In this document: positions 48,985 through 62,320 of the stretch, one piece after another
How the letters are laid out: each line of letters begins with the position of its first letter
Position numbering within the stretch: the stretch's first letter is position 1
Source of the DNA: Octopus sinensis
Taxonomy: Eukaryota
DNA: 64,000 nucleotides
Direction of reading: 5' to 3'
Assembly (NCBI RefSeq): GCF_006345805.1
Contig: NC_043004.1
Coordinates: 97,712,001 to 97,776,000 of the forward strand
Program-made: the position numbers and the translations under genes
The notes under the pieces: model-generated
Told to the model about the DNA's origin: nothing
Seen by the model: the letters and a program-made list of their open reading frames with translations, nothing else
Database searches by the model: none

Positions 48985-49705
48985 GCGTGCAGCTGGTACT
49001 TATTTTATCAATTCCCAGATGATGGAAGGCAAGGATAACCTTGGCACAATTTGAACTCAGAATGTAAACATGGATGAAATGCTGCTAAGCATTTTGCCCA
49101 CTGTGTTAACAATTCTGCCATTTCACCACCCTCCTTTAAGTAAATATTCTTTTCTACTCTAGGCACATGGCCTGAAATTTCGGGGGAGGGGTCCAGTTGA
49201 TTAGAGCAACCCCAGTACATAACTGGTACTTAATTTATCAACCCTGAAAGGATGAAAGGCAAAGTCGACCATGGCAGAATTTGAACTCAGACGAAATACC
49301 TATTTCATTACTACTCATAAGAGGTTAAACACAGAGGGGACAAACAAGGACAGACAAACGGATTAAGTCGATTATATCGACCCCAATGTGTAACTGGTAC
49401 TTAATTTATCGACCCCGAAAGGATGAAAGGCAAAGTTGACCATGGCAGAATTTGAACTCAGACAAAATACCTATTTCATTACTACCCATAAGGGGTTAAA
49501 CATAGAGGCGACAAACAAGGACAGAGAAACGGATTAAGTCGATTACATCGACCCCAGTGTTTAACTGGTACTTAATTTATCGACCCCGAAAGGATGAAAG
49601 GTGAAGTTGACCTCGGCGGAATTTGAACTCAGAATGTATCAGCAGACGAAATACTGCTAAGCATTTTCTTCGGTGTGCCTATGTTTCTACCAGCTCCCCA
49701 CCTTC
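48985..49705 (-). mobile_element. SINE A fragment (48985-49135) and head-to-tail SINE A trimer with 171-bp period (49143-49705)
   Basis: GAATTTGAACTCAG at 49277, 49448 and 49619. Confidence 0.9.
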
Positions 49706-50614
49706 CTTTAACTAAACGTTAAAAACAAACTGTGATATAGTATTGTATTCTTCGTTTAAATTTCTTGGATCATGATTATCAGAAGCAAAATTGTTGCCTC
49801 ATTAGACATGAAACAATTTTGTTTTATATTGTTTGGCCTTCATTTCCTAAATTCAGAATTTCTAACTGAGTTGTCATAAAGTTTTGAATTTGAATAATAC
49901 AATAGACAAAAAAAGTCATAGTCAGTTTTGCAAAAATGATAAAGTGCGGAGAGAGATGGAAAAATATATTTGCAGCAAAGCAGATTTTTCTTCTGGAACT
50001 TATATATTCTCTATTGGTGTGAAACAAGGATGATAGTTATTTTAAGCCTAGAATTAGTGATGAGATCACTGCAACATTGTTAATAATTGTGTATTATACA
50101 CCAAAATACAAGCTTATCAAATGTCTATATTGTATATTAGTAAATAATAGACATTACATCCCAAGTGATTTAGATATGTTGGTAGTCTTTAAATTAACAT
50201 GCTGTCACCAAATTCTCAAAGTTATAAAACTTAAATTTGCTTAAAAACGAAAATTTTAAAAATTAATTCAGAAACGGCATTCCATTAGTGATAGGACGTA
50301 AGTTATCAAATATATCTATGAAAACTGCTGTACAAATTACTTACATATCTTACGCTACAAGAACGGAAAGGACACACAGATGTGCAAAAAAATATCTGGC
50401 TGAAAACAGAGGAAAAACAACAGAAAGAAAACCTGGCAGTTGTGAATTTATTCAAAAGTAACAATAACCTATGAGAAGAATAGTATTTGAGAGAAGACCC
50501 TAAGATTACTCTCCACCTAAAGGATTTATGATGAAGATATGTACTATTTTTGTATAATGTAGAAGCATAGTGTGGTTGTAGATTAGGATGATTTAGAAAT
50601 AATATGAGGTTTAT

Positions 50615-51945
50615 CCATCATCATCATCATCATCGTTATCATTGTTTTACATCTGACTTCCATGCTGGATTGGATGGTCTGGCCTGGCAGGAGTTGGCCA
50701 GGCAGGACTGCATCAGACTTCTGTGTCTGTTGTGGCAGGGATTTTATGGCTGGATGCCCTTCCTAACACCAACCACCCAGCAGAATGGACTGAGGGCTTT
50801 TTACATGGCACAAGCACATGCGAATTCAGTTTCTGCATGGCTTTTACAGCTGGATGCCCTTCCAAATGCCAACCACTTTATAACATAGAAATATAATTTG
50901 ACAGTATAGCCTAGGGTAATGAAGAAGTACAGTGATGTAATATATAGCTGAATAATGTAGAAGTATAGTGCAATAGAGTAATAGGGAAGCAGAGTGTGTG
51001 GAAACAGTATAATGTAGTTACTGTTGAGTTTCAGATTTTGTCCTGACTAAGGAAACATTTAAAGAGCTATAATAACCCCTAACTGTTTTCAGAAATTGTG
51101 AAGATTTGGTACACGTAAACTGAAAAGAAGCCCGTCATATATGTATATAAATATATGTATATGTATGTATATATGTATGTATGTATGTGTATGTATGTAT
51201 GTATGTATGTATGTATGTATGTATGTATGTATGTATGTATGTATGTATGTATGTATGTGTTTGTGTGTCTGTGTTTGTCCCACCCAACATCATTTGACAA
51301 CTGATGCTGGTGTGTTTATATCCCCGTTAGCTACCGGTTCGGCAAGAGAGACTGATAAAATAAGTACTAGGCTTACAAAGACACATGTATCAGCAATAAT
51401 ATGCTATGAGTTTTTAGGTGGCATGAAATGGTTTTTAAAGAGTATCTACCTACTCTAACATGTTATAAAAAGCTTATCTCTAAACATTTACCCAAAGCTA
51501 AAATACGTGTATACAAAGGCATAAGGGCTTATAAGTGGAGGTATACATTCGTGGTAAGAAGTTTGCTTCTTAGTTGCATACTCATGGGTTAGGGTTCAAT
51601 CCCATTACATGGTACATTGGGCAAGTGCCTTCTACTATAACCTCAGGCTGACCAAAGCCTTGTGGGTGAATTTGGTAGATGGAAACTGAAAGAAGCCTGT
51701 CGTATTTAGATATATGTGTATGCATATGAGTGTTCCTGTCTCTTTGCTTTCACATCAGGTAAATGACTGTCATAGAAACATTGTCATTCATTTTCATTGC
51801 TCTGTGAGATCATGTTTGGCCACGAGAAAATATTACCTTTTTCTCTTTTACTCTTTTACTTGTTTCAGACATTTGACTGTGGCCATGCTGGAGCACCGCC
51901 TTTAGTCGAGCAAAGCCTAGTACTTATTCTATCGGTCTCTTTTGC
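50615..51945. mobile_element. Diverged family C (50615-50880) and family B fragments (51110-51380, 51538-51715, 51845-51945)
   Basis: Diagnostic motifs. Confidence 0.7.
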
Positions 51946-52725
51946 CTTGTTTGGAAATAGTTAAGAATTCGCAACAAGGAGAGCTTCTAGCCATAGAAAA
52001 TTAGCCTCGTATAAAATCCATTTGACCCTTGCAAGCATAGAAAGGGGGTCCTTAAAAAATGATGATGATGTAAGTGATACTACAATAACAGTATTATTAA
52101 CATAATTAAAATTTCAATACTTCTTATTAAAATAGTTTCCTATCACTGATCCGTGATCCATAGCAGCTTTAGGCAAGCATCTTTGTTTTATTTTTTAAAT
52201 ATCAGTGTGTGATTTAAGTGAGATTTAGCTGTTATTTCCAGCAAGTCGAACGTCCACATACAGACCCTCTTGATGGCTTGTGTATAGCAGAGTATTATGT
52301 AAAAATGCAGTATTGTTCTTGGTAGAAAAAAAAAAATCAACTTTAGTCAGTTATATTAACCCATGTGTGAAAGGCCGGCTCAATCCAAACAGGAATTGAT
52401 CTCAGAACAGGGAGTCACTATGTTTTTGATGCAGAAACACATTTAATCTTGCTGTCTAATCAACAGGCCCTTGAAGGATAACATTGATGGTGAAGGGAAA
52501 GAAGAGAAAGTGAAAAGAAAGAGGGGAAAAAAAATCTTTATAAATGGATACAAATTCATGTCATGAGAATTTGAATATCACACTTTGGATGAATCGGTTT
52601 GATTTGCAGCGTGGCTAAAATTCCATTACTGCAAGAAATTTCCAGAACGTTGAGGAATAAATCTTTTAATTGAGTCATTCTCTTCAATATTGGAAGCACA
52701 ATTCATCCTGCAGAACGAAAAATAA

Positions 52726-52759
<34 letters not shown>

Positions 52760-53054
52760 TACAACAGCTTAACTACGTGGATTGAAGAAAGGAAAGGTAT
52801 GAATAATGTATTTTGATGCTTGTCTAAAAATATATTCTTATATAGAATAAATGCATCCATATGCTCTAAGGTGTGTTACACAATTTATCTCATACACTTA
52901 TCGCCAAATCTACACCACCAGAACCAAAAAATGTCAATTCAGCTAGAAACAACAGCAACTCTCCCTCAAATCACAATTTGTGAACTTAATAAAAGAAATG
53001 ATACAGATGACAAATTAGCTGAAGCTGCACTGTCAACAAAAAAAAAAAAATTGG

Positions 53055-54133
53055 GGGCTGTGTGGTAAGTAGCTTGCTTACCAACCACATGGTTCCAGGT
53101 TCAGTCCCACTGCATGGCAACTTGGGCAGGTGTCTTCTACTATAGCCTTGGGCTGACCAAAGTCTTCTGAGTGGATTTGGGAGACAGAAACCGTCGTACG
53201 TATATATATATATATATATATATATAGATATATATATATATATGTATATGTATATGTATATATGTATGCATGTATGTATGTATGTATGTATGTATGTATG
53301 TATGTATGTATGTATGTATATGTTTGTGTGCCTGTGTTTGTCCCACCTGACATCATTTGACAACTGATGCTGGTGTGTTTATATCCCTGTAACTTACCGG
53401 GTTCGGCAAAAGAGACCGATAAAATAAGTACTAGGCTTACAAAGAACAAAGAATAAGTCCAAGGGGCGATTTGCTCGACTAAAGGCGGTGCTCCAGCATG
53501 GCTGCAGTCAATTTGACTGAAACAAATAAAAGAATAAAAGAATAAAAGAATGTAGAAATGAAAATGAACAACAAAATTGTTGAGGCTTAAATATATTTGG
53601 TCATTTTTACTGGATCGGGTCTGACTTCAGGTTAAAGAATAACAATCCAGATCACCAGGTTATAATTTTTATGGTTATAGATGTGTAAGCAATCTGATAT
53701 TGATTGTATCAGTGAGTCTAAATATACTAAATATTCTGCCTAAATATAGTCGCAGGAGTGGCTGTGTTGTAAGTAGCTTGCTTACCAACCACATGGTTCT
53801 GGGTTCAGTCCCACTGCATGGCATCTTGGGTAAGTAAAGGCATTGGTAGCCTCAGGCCTACCAATGCCTTGTGAGTGGATTTGGTATATATGTATATATA
53901 TATATATATATATATGTATTTGTGTGTATGTTTGTGTGTCTGTGTTTGTCCCCCTACCATTGCTTGACAACCGATGCTGGTGTGTTTACGTCCCCGTCAC
54001 TTAGCGGTTTGGCAAAAGTGACCAATAGAATAAGTACTAGGCTTCCAAAGAATAAGTCCTGGGGTCGATGTGCTCGACTAAAGGCGGTGCTCCAGCATGG
54101 CCGTAGTCAAATGACTGAAACAAGTAAAAGAGA
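53055..54133 (+). mobile_element. Two SINE family B copies (53055-53548; 53752-54133)
   Basis: Near-complete family B sequences. Confidence 0.85.
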
Positions 54134-54204
54134 GAGTGTATTTAGACTGATTGCTCTACTGAATCCTTTAATTATTGCACCAACATGTCTTCTTGAGGGT
54201 TCTT

Positions 54205-55070
54205 TGTATCAGTGTTACTCTGGCACTCCATTGGTCATGACAACGAGAGTTCCAGTTGATCCGATCAAGAAGAACAACCTACTTGAGAAATTAATGTGCA
54301 AGTGGCTGAGTACTCCACAGACATATGTACCCTAAACATAGTTCTCAGGGAGATTCAGTGTGACACAGAATATGACATGTCTGGCCCTTTGAATTTCAGC
54401 TACTACTCATTTTTGCCAGTTGAGTGGAGTGGAGCAATGTGAAATAAAGTATCTTGCTCAAGGACACAACACGTCACTGGGAATTCAACTCACAACCTTA
54501 TGGTCATGTGCCAAATACCCTAACCACTGAGCCACAGACTTCATAGTGTTATTCTCCATTAAAATTAACCATATACATTTTTATCCTCCTCCTCCTCCTC
54601 ATCATCATCATCATCATAATCATCATCATAATCATCATCATCATCATCATCATTTAACGTCTGCTTTCCATGATTTGGACGGTTTGATTGAAAACTTGTA
54701 AGCCAGGGAGCTGCACCAGGTTCTGATCTGATTTGGCAAGGTTTCTGCGGCTGGATGCCCTTCGTAATGTCAACCATTCTGAGAGTGTAGTGGGTGTTTT
54801 TTATGTGCAGCTGACATGGATGCCATTGATCTGACACCAGCAACAGCCACAACTATGGTCTCACTTAGTTTGACAGGTCTACACAAACACGGTATATCGC
54901 CAAAGGTCTTGGTCACCTGTCACTGCCTCAATGAAGCCCAATACTCGAACGGTGCTTTTTATATGCCACCAGCATGGGTGCCAGTCAGACAGCTCTGGAA
55001 TCAACCATGACTGCGATTTCACTTGGTTTGACAGGTCTTCACAAGCTCAGCATATCACCCAACAAACTGA
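54205..55070 (-). mobile_element. tRNA-headed SINE (54205-54545) and long family C copy (54585-55070)
   Basis: Head GTGGCTCAGTGGTTAGGG...GAGTTGAATTCCC; the 3' half aligns with family D (10755-10925). Confidence 0.75.
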
Positions 55071-55261
55071 AGGTTACTTTTAACGAGCCAGTTGTGCAAA
55101 TACATTTGTAAACTACATTTAGAAAGTGAGTGATTGAAGGACCCCTGACAAGTCCATTCAACATTCTAGAAATATCAGTCAGACTTCCTCAAATTTTATT
55201 CTACACTCTTAAAAGAAAGGACACATTGAATAATATTTTTAATTTTTTAATGTTTTTATTT

Positions 55262-55570
55262 TATCTAATTTCAGCTCACGGGCTGTGGTCATGCTGGGGC
55301 ACCGCCATTTGGTGTTGCTACAGGATTTTATTTCATGAATGCTTTTTAGCAACTGCCATTTGGTGCAAGAGAGAGTTCAATGCAGCTGCCCTCATCTGCA
55401 CCTCTTGCCGTGAAGTTGGTTCATCTGGGACACCTGACAAGAAGAGATCCAGTTTTATTTTATAGACATCTGCATTCACCCCATGCAGGTCTCTCAGGTC
55501 CTTTGGGAGGATATTGAAGAGCTGTGGGCCTCAGAAGCCCAGGCTATCACAGTAGTCCAAGGTGCTGTAT
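55262..55570 (-). mobile_element. CR1-group LINE 3' end
   Basis: Homologous to 41100-41400 and 61145-61440. Confidence 0.8.
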
Positions 55571-55760
55571 GTTTGAATAAAAATATAGGATGGGGACATG
55601 GCTAGAATGCCATGATTGACTATTAGTCTCCATGATCAGGGTCAACTTGATTGTAAACAATATCTAGAAAATTTTAGTACTGACATGAAACTATTCTTTC
55701 AAAATATATCTTCAGATATTCCATCCCGGTTGTGGACATGACCATCTTCACAATATCAGA

Positions 55761-56633
55761 TATGTGGTCTGATTAATAAGTATCTAGACTGTTGCCATAG
55801 TAATGATGCAAAAGCACATCGAGTGAAGCCACTTTGCACAGATTCACTTTAAACTCTGTTGAGCATGTGCGCTAAATTTTAACATTCTAGCTCACTTCTG
55901 CTGTTTACAGCAATGCTTGGAAGGAAGGTGTGCAGCATGTGATCATCACATTGATCCTGACAGAGAAAGTTGAATAGAGAATTTACTTCAAATTTTGCCA
56001 AAAGTTTAGTGATACCTGCTCAGAGGCATCTGCAAGGTTTACAAAAAGCTTTCATCATTCTTGATGCAATCAAGAGATCTTGCATAACTGAAACCCGAGT
56101 GTCTTAGTGCAAACTTGGCAGAAATGCGTCTCATACTCAAATCATCAGTGATAATGGACTGAACTGAACTGTAACTGATCTGCACATCTTCTGATAACTC
56201 ATGGATGGTGATGCGATGATTTCTCCTCCCAGCTGCATGCACATCTGCAATGCTTTACTCAGTTCTGCTGGTTGTTGGTCTCCTGGAATTTTCGTCAATA
56301 TTGACATTTTTCGGCCATCTTGGAAACGTCTGAACTACTCATACACTTGTGTGCAGCTCATACAACCCTTTCCACGTACTTTCTACAACCTTGTATAGGC
56401 CTCTGAGCAGGTATTACCATAACAACTTTCTCTGTCATGGTCAATGCAATGACCACACAGTACACACCTTCCTTCCAAGCACTGCTGTAAACAGCGGAGT
56501 GAGTTAGAAGGTTAATACTTAGTGTTCATGCACAACAGAGTTCAAAGTCAATCCTTGCCTTGAGGCTTCACTCTTTGTACTTTAGCTTCATTACTATGGC
56601 AACAGTTTGGATTCTTATTGATCAGCCATTGTA
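55761..56633. mobile_element. Mariner-derived fold-back element: two inward-facing 5' ends (~250-bp arms) around a transposase N-terminal fragment
   Basis: Both ends read TA...CTGAT(T/C)AATAAG(T/A)ATC.A.ACTGTTGCCATAGTAATGA...CTGTTTACAGCA.TGCTTGGAAGGAAGGTGTG...GACAGAGAAAGTTG. Minus-strand protein FRRFQDGR...RITIHELSEDVQISYSSVQSIITDDLSMRRISAKF is the mariner HTH region. Confidence 0.8.
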
Positions 56634-56661
56634 TAGCCAAAATATTGAAATTTCTTGTAAT

Positions 56662-56889
56662 TTAACCCCTTCGTTACTGTATTTATTTTGCGAGGCTCTA
56701 TGTTTCTTTCAATTATTTTAAATATAATAAAGAATTTAGTAAAATAATTTAGTTATCATTCAGATAGTGTTAGGAACATAAATTGTGACTAAGGTTTGAT
56801 GGAAGATTTTAATTCAAAACTTATGAAAACAAGATATTTGTACTCAGAGCCAGAGCCGGTTTCAGCCGGGTTGGTTATGAAAGGGTTAA
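56662..56889. mobile_element. piggyBac-type MITE (TTAA TSD, CCC...GGG termini)
   Basis: TTAA|CCCCTTCGTTAC ... GTTATGAAAGGG|TTAA; ~13-bp imperfect TIR. Confidence 0.65.
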
Positions 56890-58829
56890 GGAACATTTGT
56901 TATTCAAATACCTCTTCCTAAACACACGAACACCACCCATGGGTAATCAGAGGTGGAAGAACAAATTCTTTTGCTTTTGTATGATCTCATTTTAATGGGG
57001 TATACTTTTAGAGAGAGAAGCGGAGTGGGTACTGTGAGGGAATGACTGAATGTATGTGTTGAAATTGTAATAATAGAGTACCACACATAGATAATATTGA
57101 TGTGATGACAATGAGAACAAGTTTCTCCAACTAGAATCACTTCACCAGTCATCAGAGTTCTAGCATTGGGCATATATTTTGTCTCTAATGCACCATAGAA
57201 GCTCATTTCTTGTTGATGTAGATTAGTTGGCACATGTCAATTGCCTTAAGTATTTTATTTAACTGATCTGAAAAGAACAACAAGCAAAGACAACTTCGTC
57301 AGGATTTGAACTCATAACATGAAAAACCAAAACAAATAATGCAAAACAATTTCTTGGATGTTTTAACTTTTCTGCCACTCCACTGTCCTGCTACAGATGA
57401 ATCAACACCAACTTCAAATACACAGAGGAGTGATGCCATATTCAAAGTCTAGCATAGATAAACACTACAGAGGACATTATACTGGCGACTCCAGAAGATA
57501 TTTCTAAGTCATACGTGAAGTTATTTATGAGATATAGAAACTAAAGTAAAAATTTGTGAAAGTTGTTTCATTGAAAATATTTGGCATGTTTCAAAAGATA
57601 TGCTAATCTTTACCATACTACAAAGAGTATTGAAGCTGGTACATATATCCAGTTTCTGTAAAATGAAGAAATATATATCTCACACAGGATAGAAAAATGG
57701 AAACCTGTCACTTATAGAAGTGAATTTTGATAACTATTTAGAATTATATTGGATTTATCTTTTGAGAGCATAGTCATGGGACTATGGATACCACTGCAGT
57801 TATGCCACTATATCACCTATAATATTTAATAATCATAGAATTTTGTTTCAGGTGTAGATATATTTTCTGTGTAATTGATTGTGTAGTTTCTACTACTCTT
57901 GTCTGCCCAACATATATCTAAATAACTGCCAAAAACGTCAAAATTTCTTAATAAAAAATTTCTATTAATTTGTTTAGTATTGACAGTCTAAAATACTAGA
58001 CTGTCTAGATTATATAGTTTCTGACATACCAGCCTTATCCAAATAATCTGTCAAAGAAATAAAGTGGATTGAAATTTTCGGTGGATGGCTATTTTGGATA
58101 GATAGAATAATGGCAGATGCATGCAATGTGAAAGACAAAGTGAAATAAAAGAACGAATCTAATAAATATCCAAGTCAGTTGAAGTTCACACATGTTTTCC
58201 TTCTCCGTAAGATTACAATGATGAGATGAAATAAAGGTGAATTGTGAGAAAAATGCACAAAATACTGTTGTAGATTATATAGACACTACATTCATAAAGA
58301 TAATAGCACAGCTCTAAATGTTTTATTTTCTGTTCCCTTGTAGGAAACTAACACATTTAAACATCCGTTTACTGGTTGCTATGTTCTTAAGTAGATGAAC
58401 ATCATTGGTAATTCATATTCTTAGAAAGTCTGTGCAAATTGCTGTCTATGGACATTCAGTTTAAGATCGTGTTTGATGTCCTGTCTTAATTTATATTTAT
58501 CTCACTCATTTCCTGTAGCCATTTAGGGTCCAGTCTAGCTAATGTACACTGCTGCAAACTTCTTAAATTCTTTTTTTTATTTTCTCATATTCAGAATGTA
58601 ATTGTTGTGTAAATACGTTTGGAAAACGGAAATATTAAAATATATGGTAAAAGTTTTAAGCTTTGATTCTTATTTGTTTTTAGTACTTTGAATCTAACAT
58701 GTAATATCATGGTTTTCTCATTTATATCTAGCTCTGTTTCACTTCAAATAATCTACATATTTTACATTAATGCACATATAATATATGTGTGTGTTTGTGT
58801 GTTAATGAATAAATATATATAGACATATG

Positions 58830-59053
58830 ATATGGCGGTCTTCTACTCCTTATGCAGAGTCTGACGACCTCCTGTGCTTACACCTTAGATCCATCATGGT
58901 GTTTGCTGCAGCCTTTTAAACCACTGTTTTGGAAAGACACCCACATAAATTGCAGATCCGACGTAATTGCATATCTGACATAATTGCATATCCACCAAGA
59001 GCTGCAGTTAAGTTCTGATCCTTGTGGATCCTAAAAAGTCTTTTGAGTCTGTC

Positions 59054-59095
<42 letters not shown>

Positions 59096-59101
59096 TATAT
59101 G

Positions 59102-59151
<50 letters not shown>

Positions 59152-59290
59152 AAGATAGATAGATAGATAAATAGATAGACAGACAGACAAACAGATAGAT
59201 AGATAGACTGATAGATATATACATACATGCATAATTATATACATACATATATACATATATTCATGCTTTATATATATATATATATTATCC
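58830..59290 (-). mobile_element. R4/Dong-like LINE 3' end (58830-59055) abutting a (TA)/(TAGA)n array
   Basis: DRLKRLFRIHKDQNLTAALGG...LRRICNL; homologous to 13700-13905. Confidence 0.55.
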
Positions 59291-59709
59291 AGCATTAGAC
59301 TGGTGAAAATCTAATAAAGCACTATGACAAAATAGAATAACAAAACAAAATTATGAATCAATGAAATAACAACCACTAAGGATGTACTAAAGAACAACAT
59401 GCAAAAGGAATACATGAAAGCTACCAAAAGAATCAAGTAGTATTAGTAAAAAAACAATCCATACTGTTAGAAAGAAAAGATGGTAATAACTGTTCTTGCC
59501 TGAAGATTGATATAGAATGAAACTTATGTTACAGAAAAGGAATCTAATTTAATTAAACAATACACTCTACAATATGTACTCATTATTTGCCTTATCTTTT
59601 GACAAAAATAGCTTCAATATATATTGCTGCATTGGTCTAGGGTACATATATATATATGTGTGGAAAAAAAGTCAAGATAGATAATGCTAAAATAATTTTA
59701 TTAAAAACA

Positions 59710-59751
59710 TTTCAGTACCAGTTTCAGTCATTGAGACATTTTCAACTGTAA
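59710..59751 (-). ncRNA. Minimal hammerhead candidate with U3-A8 core
   Basis: TTACAG-TTGAAAA-T-GTC-TCAAT-GAC-T-GAAAC-TG-GTA-CTGAAA: stem I 5 of 6 pairs, 3-bp stem II, U.U at 10.1/11.1, AATAAA downstream. Confidence 0.6.
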
Positions 59752-60299
59752 CAATTAAACAATTAAATTTAGAAAAATTAAAAGAAAAGTTTTTTAAAAG
59801 AATATTTGTATAGTTTTCAAATACAAGTGGCTTTTTCCTTGTTTCTGCCTGTCTTTGTCTCTCTTGTTTACTCTTGTGGGTTCAAGATCGTTGTGAATTC
59901 TTGGAAGGGAAGAAGAAGAAGAAGAAGAATGTAGGAGTGCCATGACAGTAGTATGTTGAATGGTCAGCTGCCCTGAAAATGACCCACCACAGTCGCTGTT
60001 CAATTCATGAAAATATTTCTTTTGAATGTTTAGTTTATAAAATTTGCGTAGGTGTTATATATATATATAATTTCTTTGAGAAATAAATTATCACAAATCT
60101 TTACTTTCAGTTTCTTGTTTTCAAACTTGCAATGCTATGGTAAAAATAGAACACCAATAAAATACTTAAAGACAAAGTATTTGAAGTACAAGGTAAATAT
60201 TTATTGGGTGAAATCTGCCACAAATATTGAAGAAAATATATGTTTTGGTATGATGAATATGAAAACTATGAAAAATATGTACATAAATAAAATAGAATG

Positions 60300-60690
60300 A
60301 GGAGAGTGTTTAGTAGGCAATGTGAAAGAGTAGAAGAGCAGAATGTGACAAAGTGGGTGGAAGGGAGAAATGGATGAAGGAAGAAAAGAAAGAGGAAAAG
60401 AAAGAAGAAAAGAGGGATGATGATAAGAAGGATGAGAGTGCCATAGGGAGGAAGAAACATGGTAGGATGTGGAGGTGTAGGAAAAGATAATGTAAGGGAA
60501 AAATGGGAAAAATGGAGCAGGCAGGTGTAAAGAGGGAATGGAGAGAGAGAGTGAGAGAGGGAGGAAGGAAGAGAGAGGGGGAGAGAGAGAGAGAGAGAGA
60601 GAGAAATAGAAAGAGTGGGTGTTGTTAGAAAAGCTTGCGGAAGAAGGAATGTGCATGTTTAAAGAATTAGATAAGGAAAAAGGAAACATT
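60300..60690. repeat. Purine-rich (GA/GAA) low-complexity tract
   Basis: Direct reading. Confidence 0.8.
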
Positions 60691-61144
60691 GTAGAGAAAT
60701 CAATTAATTAATTAATTAATTGATCTTTAGTAGTAGTAGTATTAATAGTAGTGGTGGTGGTGGTGGTGGTGGTATTATAGTATCAAAAATTATTGAGGAT
60801 ATAAGAAAACTTGGAACGTAAAAATTTGTGATATAAAGAAACTAGATAAATGATATAAACAATATTAATATATATATTCATAGGTGAATGAAAACATTTT
60901 CAAAACATGCACAGTTTATATTGAAAATATTCGAAATTTAAAATCACACTAAATTCAGTCATATAAAGAAGATAACTGTATGCCATCCATTGGTCAACGA
61001 TGACCATATATCTGAACACGAATGAGTAGGCCTAGACAAGATTGGTGTTGCATTGATGTCTTTTCTCCCTTTCTTTTGACCTCCACCTTTTTCCTTTAAA
61101 AAAAATGATTTTTATTTTATTTTATTTTTCATTTATTATTTTAA

Positions 61145-61520
61145 TCTAGTTTAAGCTCACAAGCTGTGGCCATGCTGGGGCACCGCCATTTTGTGTTACT
61201 ACATGATTTTACTTCACGAATACTTTTTAGCAACTGCCATTTGGTGCATGAGAGAGTTTGATGCAGCTGCCCTCATCTGCACCTCCTGCCGTGAAGTTGG
61301 TTCATCTGGGACACCTGACAAGAAGAGATTCAGTTTTATTTTAAAGACATTTGCATCCACTCCATGCAGGTCTCTTAGGTTCTTCGAGAGGATATTGAAG
61401 GGCTGTGGGCCTCTGAAGCCCAGGCTATCACAGTATCTCGTCCTACATCTTGATGGCAAATTTAGAGTCCTTGGCACTATACAGTGGCGCCCAGTTCTGG
61501 CCCAGTTATCTTTAGAAAGA
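61145..61520 (-). mobile_element. CR1-group LINE 3' end
   Basis: ORF 61214-61477: RTRYCDSLGFRGPQPFNILSKNLRDLHGVDANVFKIKLNLFLSGVPDEPTSRQEVQMRAAASNSL. Confidence 0.85.
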
Positions 61521-61896
61521 ATAATAGTTAGCTATGCATATAAGTCTTCCTTCTCCAGGACACTTTTCTAAGGAAAAGGCCACCAACTTGGATCAATACA
61601 GCTTGGTACCAGCATCACGGAAAGCATTGGTGTCAAATTCAAAGAACCTGAACGATAATGCAAGACCCTTCCTCTAACAGTTTCGCCAATCATTTGCCCC
61701 AGATTAGAACGTTTTTCTTTCTTTTTAAAAGAAAGTATGGAAAAACCATGTTGATCTCAAAAGGATTCGTTCGCAGAGTGAAGCCAGCCAGAACAAATAT
61801 CACGATGCATTTTAAATAACACTTTTTTTGTCTTGAAAGATAAATTTATTGAAACAAAGGGGAGGGTTGGCAAGATTACTCTGGGAAACTGTTATA

Positions 61897-62104
61897 CTCT
61901 TTACTCTTTTACATGTTTCAGTCATTTGACTGCAGCCATGCTGGAGCACCACCTTTAGTCGAGCAAATCGACCCCGGGACTTATTCTTTGTAAGCCCAGT
62001 ACTTATTCTATCGGTCTGTTTTGCCGAACCGCTAAGTGACAGAGACGTAAACACACCAGCATCGGTTGTCAAGCAATGCTAGGGGGACAAACACAGACAC
62101 ACAA

Positions 62105-62152
<48 letters not shown>

Positions 62153-62320
62153 CCATATATATGACAGGCTTCTTTCAGTTTCCGTCTACCAAATCCACTC
62201 ACAAGGCATTGGTCGGCCTGGGGCTATAGCAGAAGACACTTGCCCAAGATGTCACGCAGTGGGACTGAACCCGGAACCATGTGGTTGGTAAGCAAGCTAC
62301 TTACCACACAGCCACTCCTG
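61897..62320 (-). mobile_element. SINE family B with probable 8-bp TSD
   Basis: CTGTTATA at 61889-61896 and 62318-62325. Confidence 0.85.

Noticed and set aside
57110-57165. CTGATGA...GAAAC on the minus strand
   Set aside because: Stem II does not close next to GAAA and stem I is out of register.
59490-59536. CTGAAGA-TTGATATAGAAT-GAAAC-TTAT-GTT
   Set aside because: Stem II is very weak and stem I is not adjacent; it could be a decayed copy but is unsupported.
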